Of a DNA stretch of 64,000 bases, positions 52,988 through 64,000 are shown in pieces. Each line of letters opens with the position of its first letter. Positions within the stretch are counted from its first letter, which is position 1. A program made the position numbers and the translations under genes. Below the pieces are notes generated by a model, which was not told the origin of the DNA, did not search any database, and saw nothing but the letters and a program-made list of their open reading frames with translations. The DNA is from Lama glama. Lineage: Eukaryota. Where the stretch lies: positions 53,942,001-54,006,000 of the forward strand of contig CM052817.1 in the NCBI GenBank assembly GCA_028534125.1, written 5' to 3'.

Positions 52988-55900
52988 CTATTGGAGAGAG
53001 AGAAGTAAAGAGAGAAAGGAGAAAAGAGAATAGATTAATGGTACGATATTGGCCAAGCACTTTTATTCACCTCTTCCAAACTGAAAGTAAATAATTTATT
53101 TCACTCATACTTGCTTTATTGAACATTATGTTTTTAAAAACCTTATTCCTCTACAAAATTATTTTTTAAAAACCTCATTTCTCTATGAAATTATTTTTAA
53201 GAAGTAATCACATTATATGCTTAAAAATACAGTACAAACTTGGAAAAACAAGGCAAAAGTTAATCAAGTCAAGATTGAATACCATTCCAAACTATAAACA
53301 TAGGAAACACAATATTCATAATAAGAACATCAGTATTTTCGATTTGAAAAGACAGGTTGGTACTTATACACAGAAAGCTTTCAAATAGTTTGGATAGTTT
53401 CATTTATTAAATATTGTAGTTTATACCGCTATTTAATATAATAGTCTGGCTTTTTATCCAACTCAAGATTGACCTCTTCAGAAGAAACTGCTCTGAAACT
53501 AATTTCCTAAGGTCTAAGATTTTCTATAGCTTGTCAGTCTTATGAGAAACGCACCTCATGAGGTGGCACGTTAACAGGGAATGCTCTCAACCTGAATAAA
53601 TGGGTTTAGAATCCTTATTGAAGAAACTCCTTTTCCTCCCACTCATCAGTATTTTATATAATTGTGGAAAAATACTCTTTCAGAAAAATCTGTATCTGAA
53701 AGTTGATATAAATAATAAGCCACCTGCCCTGGCGTTTTCTGAAATTCTTAACTGAGTCTTTCAGCAAACTCTTATAAGAATACATTGAAATTCTCAAAAC
53801 CGTTATGGTTATGTATGTCTCAAGTTAATTTCATTTTTTTTTAAGGTACTGATCAATACATATCAGGGAAATTCTTGGAAACTGTAACATGCTCATGAAA
53901 CTCATCAAGCAGGCTCTTCTTTTTCTTATAAACATTTATCTCATTAGAGACAATTTGCCTAGATCACAAGATAAAAGGGATCATTAGGGGGAAAAAAAGG
54001 GCAGAAAAGTCAGGGAAGAATGGGTTCATAACACAAACTTAAAAAATCACAGATTGCAAGTGATATAAATCTAAGATAATTTCAATGGAAGGGATAAGTT
54101 GAGCTACTACATGTACAGTAAGTAATATAATGTCATTTGGGATAATTACATTTGGGTGAGATTTTTGTGCTTTAAGCCCATGTCTTCAATTATTGTCAAT
54201 ATCACACTCATTTGTCTTCACTGACTTCTGAAAGCTCAAAAAAGACAAAACTGGTATATATAAACAGTTATGCTTAGGATGTTGCAAGTGGGGTTATCCC
54301 TTTTAGATTGTTTATCTCATTAATTTACAACTCTTATTTTTAACAGTGTTTCTAGGACTGTTTTAAAAACTCTATATACTCTTACACTTATAATTTACCA
54401 TCATCCTCAATTAATCTTTATGAAGTAACTGCAGTTATCACTGGCTGTATGTCGCATTATAGGTCATTGAAAAGCTTTACCTAAGAGATGTACTTCATGC
54501 TATGACTAGAATACTAACAAGCCTGAGTTCAGACTGACAACTAGAAGAAGCATAACTAAGGACTTTTAAAAAATTACTTAACCATTAGTCTCAAAAGTTT
54601 GGACTGGAAGCCCATTTTACAATGAAGATGGAGGTTGGGAGTGGGATATTATATAAAAGTTAGTATTTTTCAAGGACTAACCTACAAAGGAATTTCTATA
54701 ACTAACTTCATTCCTTGAAATTGCTCAAATATATATCCTTTTAGTTAAACATGAAGGTATTTCTATTCTACAACATAAAGTGTACCCACACAACTTTAGT
54801 CTTGTTCTACATAAAATTCTTCATCTAACTCTTAAGCGCAATTGTCTCAACTTCTTGGTGACTAGTATTTCTCTCTTCAACAAATACTTAATAAGGAAGA
54901 TGTTATATGCAGTAAAAAGTATTGATAAGGCACTTACGATATGAACATTTTTATTTTTCAAAGATATTTTACCTCTGTTTTCCCAAAAGTCATTAGGTAA
55001 AATTTTACATTTAACTCTCTGGTCCTGGTCTAATTTAAGAGAAATTGGCATAAACTAGCATGAGGAAAGAATGTCTCTGCTTTGTTACTGCCATTGACTC
55101 AAAATTAAGATTTATTAGGTAGTTCTACTACTAGAGAAAATTATTACGGTCTTGCCTATGTCATGACTGGCTGTAGCTCATTCATCATTTATTCGCTATT
55201 TTCAAGACTGAAGTAAAACAATCCTGTAATTTAAGTTGAAAGAAGCACACACAAATTATATTCCCATAACAAAAACTGGCAAGGCAAACATAACTTGTCA
55301 CTGATAAGCTTAGTAACATTCCGAATTAGCCAGTCACTGTCCATCATCTAATTCTAATTCTAGAAGCTTCCCTCACCTGAAAAAAAAAATACAAATAAGG
55401 AAACAAATTGCATGGATGTAAGAAAACATGCTTACCCTTGTATCCTTCACAACCTCATGGTGCCTGGCACATAATACTCAATGAACAACTATTAAATTAA
55501 TACATAATCCAAATAAAGGTGATTAATTCTGCTTCTAGATAATTTAAACATGTGGTAAAAAGAAAAAAAAGTGGCAAAAGAGAATCTGGATTTGTTATCC
55601 AGTATCATACGTGCAATGTATTATCTGCATAATGTCTGAATATTTTAAGGGATGAGAGGAAAGTAAAAATTATAAGCAGTTTGTACCTCCAACTCATTAA
55701 ATGTAAAACTGGAGGAAAAAAGGAAAAGAAGAAAAAATATATGAATGGTCTTGAGGGGTATATTGGGAAGAAAAATTTTTTGCTATAAAACAATCTGTGA
55801 CAATCTAAAAACATAGGCCAAAAATACTCCCTTCTCTCATCTCTGTAATGAGATCATAAATAAACGAATTGTATGATGCCAACTCTGCAAGGGCTTCCTC

Positions 55901-58900
55901 AGCGACTCCTGTCTTTCAGTCTGGTCCAATATCCTGAACTCTGACATTATAGCTCTCATTGTTCATTTCCAAACTTCTCTGGAACTAGTTTCTCTCCTTT
56001 TCTCTATTCACTTTTAATCCCCAAACTACTTTTATTGTCCATTCAACCTCCATAAATATGTTTATGTATTTCCTTAAAGTGATTTCTTTGTTGTCCTTTG
56101 TCAAACTTAAAGTCATAAGCTATATCCTGTGGTCAGAGTAAATGACAAATTCAAATGAAGGGTAACTGATTCTGTATAAAAGGAAGAAATAGGAAAAAAA
56201 AAAGACTAGTAAATTTTCCTTTCATTCCCCAACAGTTTATAAAATAGACATAATATACTGTTATGTTATTGTTTAGAAAAATAAGATATTAGTTCTATCC
56301 ATATCCATACCATACGTAACACTTTTAAATTGTGTTCTTTAATTAGAAAAGGTATGGATGAGAGAGCATATGCATGCATTGCCAAGCTTTTCAAATTGCA
56401 CTGCAAATTACAGAGAAATAAAATTGTTGCCTGCCAAAAATTGTTAGAACTAAATTGCCATAACTAAGAACTATGAAATTGTATCTAATTCTAATGTAGC
56501 TTAAATTTTCTTTTCTTTTAAACTGCAAATCATGCATTTTCTATCTACAATTTAAATGTTCTAAGTGAGTAGAATGTTATAATCCAATAATGCCTGTATA
56601 TTTCTGTAATATATAAATAAAAAGACACTTATGGGGAGCATAAGATAGTTATAAAATATTAAATAACTTATAATCAATACTTTTATCATTGAAATGTAGT
56701 AGTACTTTAAAGATAATTATTCTCTTGGTTACATTTGGCTTAGACTATAAAAATACATTTGGGTATACTTGTCACAGGCCAGCTGGGCAGTTAAGGAGCT
56801 GGTAGTAAGGCAAATAAGTAAGTAATATAAAAAAATCAGTCTTAGCTGAAAATTTGCTAGTGTATTATCTACATAGAAAATTATCTAGAAGTGGATAACC
56901 AAAAGTTCACAATAATACTTTCTATTTGTATAGTACTTTCAAACTTAACAAAATGTTTTCACATGAAATCACTTGATATAATTCTTCAAACAACACTGTG
57001 ATATGGTGCAAGTTATTGCCATATCAAAGATGAGTCAATTGAAACTCAAAAGGTTGAAGGATTTGACCAGCGTCAACACAGGCAGGTGGCAGAGTCCTGT
57101 CATTTGTGTAATATCATACACTGGTTCTCACAACATGTAAACTCAAACACAGTTTGTTGCGCCTCTTGCTCTCCATTTCTGTTCTGTCACCAGATCCAAG
57201 TAGGAGTGCACTTTAGAGGAGATCAACAGCATAAATGGAATCTTCCTGAGGGAGGGCACTGTGTCTGTTACAAAAATTAACATTAATTAAGCATGCACCA
57301 TGTGCCACATATTGCACTAAAGTTTTGTATACAATACTAATTTCATCATCGCAAGCAACCTTATGAGGCAGATGTTCTCATTATCTCAACTTTTTTGTTT
57401 AATAAGTGGTAGAGCTGAAATTCAAATCCAAGTTTTGATCTTACTGATGAGTGCATCTTCAGTGCCCAGCACATAAAAAGAAAGAGTTCAATTAATATTT
57501 CTTATGCCTCCATGCAATGATGTATTGAACTGTGGTATTTTCAAAGAAAGGGATTGAATGTCATACTTTTCAGGGCTATCAGCCATGAGAATAGCAGTGC
57601 AAAGCACCTCTCTAGAGAAGATAAAATAATAGAAAAAAATGGGCTCCTTATTTCTTGGCCAAGGAAACAAGATATTTCTTATCGCCAGAAACAAACCGGT
57701 GCTGAATACTTTATGTCCTATTAATTATTATTCTGAGGCAGAGAAAATTCTCTCTTCTCCATTTCACATCTACCAGGAAAATACAGAAGCGCTTCAGTAA
57801 ATATAAATAAAAAGATCTATGAAGTTCATTAATTTTTTCGTATACTGCACATCAAAAATTCTGACAGACATCTGTCTTGCTCAGTAAATAAAGTGCTAAT
57901 CTTTTATGTAATGAAAGACAAGAATAATCTCTGCAGCTCAGCTTCTAAGTTGTGTTTTTCAAATGATACCCATGCATCAGTGAATAAAAGTGCTGCTCAA
58001 GCACCCTGTCTTACAATGGCTTTATATAATGCGTTTCCAAAATTATCACCTCCCAATGAATTTTATCCTGGAGTGTATAGACTGAAAATGTCAACAATTC
58101 ATAAAATGCTCTCACTAGCCACATTCTAATTTAAGCACTTAAATACAGTATCTGTAGATGCTGCAGAAACTGAGACTCTTTTATTTTGTATTAACTTTCC
58201 ATTCGATGGATGGATCTGGAAAATCTTTCACACTATTAATTTAGCCTTTTAAAAGAAAATGGTCCTATTAGTTGCCTCTTTTGTGAATCTATTGGTGATA
58301 GCTTCTAGTCAAAATAATAATTTTTCAAAGTTATCACTGATAACAGTTTAAGTGAACATTACATTTGGTTCATCTAAGATGTACCCTTGTCATAATGATT
58401 TGTCACCACCATGTAACAACCATGTGGCATTTAGAATTGCTAAACAAAAAACACAGGCAGAGTCCCTCAGAGTGTACTACACTATAATTGCATGTTTATG
58501 TATTAGATCTACTGCATGCGTTTGTCATGTGCAAAGCTCTTAGAGCTGTAAATACAGAGACAAGTATTAATAATCATAATACCTAACAGTTACTGAACAG
58601 GTACTATGTGAATAGTCATCCAGTGGATCATTTTTTTTAATCCTCAAAGAAACTGGAGTTGATGGTACTATGACAAATATGTTACAAAGGAGGAACTGAT
58701 CTCTGCCTCAGGGAAGCTTACAACTGGTGATTTTCATTAACTTATTTACCAACAATATGTTATTTTTAAATGCTTTCAAAGGAATGGGTATAAAAAGATT
58801 AAAAATAGACAACAGCAATGAATGGCAAAAAGAGGGGGTTTTGTTAAGAGAAGCTGAAGTTAGAAACACAAGGCATAACAGTTTGACTACAATCAAGTTT

Positions 58901-60179
58901 CATGTGGAAAATGTCATACATTTGCTCCTGAGAAGTGAATTTTTGATGCCTGTGACTACAGTCTATGGGTCCAGCTCTGGATATTGCAAAAATAAGACAT
59001 TCAAAATGAATCTAGATCTAGTTCCAAATATTTAGTCAATACCTTATAATTATTATTTCCAGGGTTCAGGGGCTGAAAGTTTTGTTTTTTGTTGTTTTTT
59101 TTTTTTTTTAGATATTTAGTTCCAGACAATATTTTACAGGTAAGAAAAATGAGAACAGAGAATTAGGATATTAGCCTCAAACCACAGTTTACTTTTTAAC
59201 CCTTAACAGTATTAAAAACAAATTATTAGGTGATGCAATACTTTTTGAGTCACAATTGTATACACTGTAAGGGCAGGGATGGTTATCCTAATTTTATTGA
59301 TGGGAAAACAAGAGAAGCTGAAAGAAGTCAAGTTACTTTACTTTGACTAAATACTGTTCGTTCAGTCTTCACTAGAGCTCTCAGGACCTTGTGAATTACT
59401 CTTAGAATTAAGTTTTTATTATCACGTGGTGTAAGAGAATGGGACAACAAAATCCATGGTGACATTCAGTATGGAAAGAAGAAAACATTCTGAGGAAGAG
59501 CTTAAGGAATCTGAGGAGCTACTGCATACTCGGGCACTTTGTAGAACTCTTCCAAATATCCCAACCAACATGGACTAGATTCACTAGCCAAAGAGAGGAA
59601 AATATTTTGTATTCAGTAATAGCATGGGTAATAATAACATGATTAATAATATAAATATGATTTCTAGAACTATTAAAAAACAAAATTATTTACAGAATTC
59701 ATTAGTTTGAAAATACACACCAAATATATCACATACATGTCAATTGAATCTCTTGAAAAGTGGATATAAGATCTTTACTCATTTAGCTTTTGGTGTTCGA
59801 TAAAATTAGGATGTTAATACCAATTTATCTGAATAAATTTCAGGTCTTTATGTTCATTGCTATAATTTTCCAAGAATGTGTTTTTTATAATGTTCTTTTC
59901 TAATTTTGTATCTTACTGATCCTATATGCTAACCATATTCTTCACAGTGGTTTAGTCATTTTACTTTATATACTCCACATCTATATTTATTTCTCAACTT
60001 TTACTTACTCTGTAGCTCCTGCTCAGAACCTCATACCTCATCCCCTAGTTAATCCAAACTCTGTCTTTAGGTTCTAACATATTCCTTCATGAATACTACT
60101 TTATTTTCTAGCCCCATATTGAATAAGTGTATAACTTTAACATAGTTATAGGGGAGAGGTTTCCATAATGTTCTAGTTT

Positions 60180-60446
60180 GGTAATTGACAAACTTTCTGC
60201 AAAGGGCCAGATAGTAAATAATCGCGGTTTTGTGGGCCACATACAAACCTTGTCACATAGCTATCTTCTTCCCCTTCCCTTTCGCCTTCCCCCACCCTCT
60301 TCCTCTTCCTCTTCCCCTCCTCCTCCTCCTCCTTCTTCTTCTCTTTTTAAACAATTCTTTAAAAATGTGAAAGATATTCTTGGCTTATGGGCCAGTAAAA
60401 AAATGATGCACTGGATGTTTATCCTTTGGCCATAGTTTGCCAATAT
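60180..60446. mobile_element. MER58-type hAT MITE with an internal (CCT/CTT)n expansion
   Basis: acaaactttctgcaaagggccagatagtaaata...ggccatagtttgccaa, with a pyrimidine triplet run at 60264-60345. Confidence 0.75.
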
Positions 60447-60504
60447 CTATTCCAGTTTATTCCACTCATACTGTCTCATTTATTATTCTCTCGGCCCTTG
60501 GTTT

Positions 60505-60505
<1 letters not shown>

Positions 60506-60537
<32 letters not shown>
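60506..60537. repeat. (TTG)n trinucleotide microsatellite
   Basis: About ten consecutive ttg units read directly. Confidence 0.95.
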
Positions 60538-60571
60538 TGTTTGCTTTTTTACCTTCTATCTTCTGGAAGCA

Positions 60572-60746
60572 CAGTTGACCTGTGAACAATGGGAGTTTGA
60601 ATGATGCAAGTCCACTTATACATGGATATTTTTCAATAGTAAGTACTACAGTATTATATGGTTTGTGGTTGGTTGAATCTGTGCATACAGAGGGCCAACT
60701 ATAAGTGATATTCGGATTAACCCTCAAGTTGTTCAAATGCCAACTA
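60572..60746. mobile_element. Tigger2-type (TcMar) internally deleted MITE
   Basis: TIRs cagttgacctgtgaacaa ... ttgttcaaatgccaacta followed by TA. Confidence 0.75.
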
Positions 60747-61336
60747 TACTGAGGGATTCTTGAAGGCAGAGGACTCTGTATCATTCACTCAGGGATTATC
60801 AGGTTCTATCTCAATGTCTTGTTATAACTGCTGGTCAATAAATGTTGGCACTGACATGCTTTTAAAATCACTGGCAAATGGCTCCAAATGTGAACTTGGT
60901 ATGGCTTGTTCAATGATGAGAACAAAGGAGAAGGGGATAAATCTTACAGATGGCAAAGTACTGCTGCTAAAGAGGCACATAAAAATCTTCCTTAGGTACC
61001 ACCTCTTATCTCTGTATAATGGAGTCCATTATAACTCTCACTATCTACTTATACAATCGTACACTGCAAAATATTTCTTCTACAATCAATTGCTAAGTAG
61101 ATTTTGTAATTGCTGTGGAATTTCTCCTTAAACCATATTACAACTTATTTTTAGTCCAGTTTATTTAGCTTTTAGTCTGGTTTGTTTATTTGTTTATTTA
61201 CTATGTCAGTCTATTTGCCCAATACTTTATCTGTATTATCTTATTTAAACCTCACAATAACCCTGTTGAGAATGTTGTCGCTGTTATATAGGTGAGGAGT
61301 TCTGAGGTTGTAGAATTAGCAAATTGGTAGAGCTGC

Positions 61337-61765
61337 TGTCATAGAAAAGAACAAATATGACTCCATATTAGATCTGTTCCTTTGGCTTTAACCCTGTGCC
61401 CTGTTTTCTAGGCTTACTCTTGCTAGCTCTGCACTCATGTAAAGATAACAAGTTGCAGAATAGAGAGTAACATTTGTTTTGTTGGAGGTTTTGCAGGAGC
61501 ACCATGAGCTGGCCCACGTGGACAGCTACAAGAACAAAGAATTCATACACCAAGAAGTTTACAACAACCAACCGCACTCCCTCTTTTTTTGTATAAAAGG
61601 AGCCTGTATTCTGACTGGGGGAGGATGGTTCTCCAAGACATTAGTCTGCCATCCTCTCAGTCCGCTGGCTCTCTGAATAAAGTCGCTATTCCTTGCCCAA
61701 ACACCTGGTCTCCCAATTATTTGGCCTGCCGTGTGGCAAGCAGAACAAGTTTGGACTTGGTAACA
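61337..61765 (+). mobile_element. ERV1 solo LTR (429 bp, MER41-like) inserted in a MIR
   Basis: tgtcatagaa...tggtaaca ends, TATA gtataaaagg and aataaa near 61676. The 4-bp TSD ctgc/ctgg has one mismatch. The flanks rejoin as MIR (ggtagagctg|gtatttgaac). Confidence 0.85.
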
Positions 61766-64000
61766 CTGGTATTTGAACTTCTGAGCCTGTACTCTTAACC
61801 TCAATGCTATGCTCTCTGGCAAACAAGAAGGTGATGATGATGAAAATAAGGAGAATAACTAATGTTTTTTGAGTGCTTACTAATTACTAGCTGGTCTACT
61901 GTTTAAAATAATTTACACATTTCATCCACATAATACTCACATTAGCATTATGAAGTAGACAATATTATTATTTTGATATTACAAAGAAGGAAACTAGATA
62001 GAGAAAAGCTAAATAAATATGAAGTGGAAGACCCACATCCAGTGCCAGGCCTCTGACACAAGGACACAAGTGGTAGACACTATCTTTCAAGTGCAAGCTA
62101 CTATTGTGGAATAATCGCATCAATTGAGAGAGGAACAGTTCTCAGCTACCCCTATTACTTTCCAAATCTTGACAGTGCTTTATCCACTAAGTTATATTTA
62201 TCAGATATAGAAAGTGATTTGATAGCCTGATTTCAACAAACAAAACTTTGCAAAGTTAGTACTAATAACTAGGAATAACTTACCTTGAAAAAAGCTTTAC
62301 ACTGAATTTTGCTAAAGAATCTCTTTTCAGACAAGAGACTTTCTTTTTTGACACCTTTTGGGCAGTGTCACATTTTAGGCTTACAATGCCTGTACTGGTC
62401 ACCTGTAAAGGCAGGAGGCAGCATCTGACTTAAGTCCATAATGTCTGACATGGTTTGGAAGAAAGGCAGGGGTAACAGAATTAAGTACACCAAAATTAAG
62501 GTGGCAAACATAAACTATTTGCTCCTTTTTTTCCTACTTGAAGGAAACACACATGTTTTATTAATTATGAATCTTAGAGTAAATGGTAGAAATAGGGAGT
62601 CTCCTGTTTCTTCTTTAATCCTTCAGTGTCCATCATAGCCTGTCTGTGACAATTCAGTAGCAAGATTCCACTGGCCTAGCCAAACACAGTAAATTGCAGA
62701 GTGAATAGTTCCTACTTTTTCCTCATTTGCAGTTGAAAGCATTCAGAATGGAGTCTAGCTCTGCAATGTCAGACTATTTGATATAAGAACAGGAGTATAC
62801 TCTTCCCTATCTCTTTTCCCTGTGAATTTATGTTCTTCCTTTGAGAGACAGTGACAGAAGGAATAAATACTCCTTAAAAGATGACTGTAAATTAGCTAGG
62901 TGAAAGCTGAGAAAGGAAATAACAAGCAGGCAGCCCTTCAAATGTATATAATGTGGAACAACATCCAAAGCTGAGATATTAAATTTAAAATTAATTTAAA
63001 ACAAACAACATAAATTGTGCTTCCCTTTCCATTCTTTATAATACTCAGCCAACATCTGCTCAGTAATTCACCAAATGTATTTTTTGTTTGTTTTAGTAAA
63101 ATGTATCAAATTAGAGGAAAAACAAGTTTTAGAGAATGAAACAAATGACCACATCATTCTTTGCTCTAGAGGACCACTAGCAACATGCTTTACAGTCTAT
63201 TTAAACTAACTAGCCTCCAACTGTTTGTTAGTCAGTTTTGCCTTAAAAGCTCTGTTAGTAGAAGGATCATAAAAATGAATTTACTGGTTAGAGCACTGAG
63301 GAAGGAACTATCAACAATATAACATTATTATGTATAATTTTCTCACTCTTTAATAAAAAAACTTAATATAGACAAAAAAGCAGTTGATATCTAGTAAACT
63401 CACTGTAGATGGTATTCATTTAAATTTTTAATTTCATGTTTATAGGTGTAACTGTAAATGCTATATATGTATTATTTATTACATCTACCACATAAGATGA
63501 AAAAAAAATACACCACTAAAGACCAAATAAATTTCAGGTAGAAACTATAGTTTCTCAGAAGCCCCCATATTATGACACACTGTATTAATATACTAGGAAG
63601 TTAGCTGTATATATCCAAGGACCCTCTCCATTTTATTTGCCCCTGTGTCTCAGCAACTAGAACAGTGCCTGGAATATAAAAGCTAGTTGAGAATATTTTG
63701 AATTTGTTAAATCAGCATAAAGGGTCTCTATCTTTGATGCTCTTAAATAAATGGTATAACTTTATTCATATTACCAAAGGCAAAATAAAAGGCAAAAAAT
63801 TTTTAATCATATATGTATGTGGATTGCATACTTGCTATGCTGAAGTAAACATTTTTTTGCATACAATGTTTAATTAAAAAACCCCCTAGACAGTTTAGGT
63901 TAATATTTAATTACCTTTAAAAAACTACTATATTCTGTTACATCATGCTACAACTAAAAATAATAAACATTTAAAACAAAATAACTTGCATTTTTGGCAT

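Noticed and set aside
60178..60784. Poly-Pro/Ser, poly-Gly/Glu and poly-Thr ORFs
   Set aside because: Translations of (CCT)n and (TTG)n microsatellites in and beside DNA-transposon relics.
1624..62638. The many 60-123 aa ORFs in the track
   Set aside because: Their lengths and F/L/I/K-rich composition fit random AT-rich DNA or repeats, and none resembles a protein family I recognise.
1..64000. Prokaryotic or viral systems (CRISPR arrays, operons, defence islands), rRNA or tRNA genes
   Set aside because: The sequence is mammalian intron. I found no repeat-spacer array, no dense ORFs and no recognisable structural RNA gene.

Overview
AT-rich, CpG-depleted mammalian genomic DNA, not prokaryotic. 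The whole window lies inside ADGRL3 (latrophilin-3/LPHN3, an adhesion GPCR) on the minus strand. Three coding exons have canonical AG/GT ends and recognisable peptide: the 15-nt KVEQK microexon (52973-52987), the 801-nt olfactomedin-domain exon (50040-50840) and an 81-nt linker exon (3753-3833). The last two are separated by a ~46.2 kb intron. The rest is intron with the usual fossils: L1, L2, L3, MIR, MaLR and ERV1 solo LTRs, DNA-transposon MITEs and microsatellites. The youngest L1 looks cetartiodactyl-type, and I saw no ruminant, pig or whale SINEs, so a camelid-like host is a tentative guess. The most interesting unexplained structure is in the 2.1-kb intron between the microexon and the olfactomedin exon. 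It holds a candidate in-frame 6-nt microexon, a very strong extra 3' splice site opening a short hydrophobic ORF followed by AATAAA, and a NOVA/RBFOX motif cluster. I see no convincing novel multi-gene system. Repeat family names are recognised from memory and need RepeatMasker confirmation.
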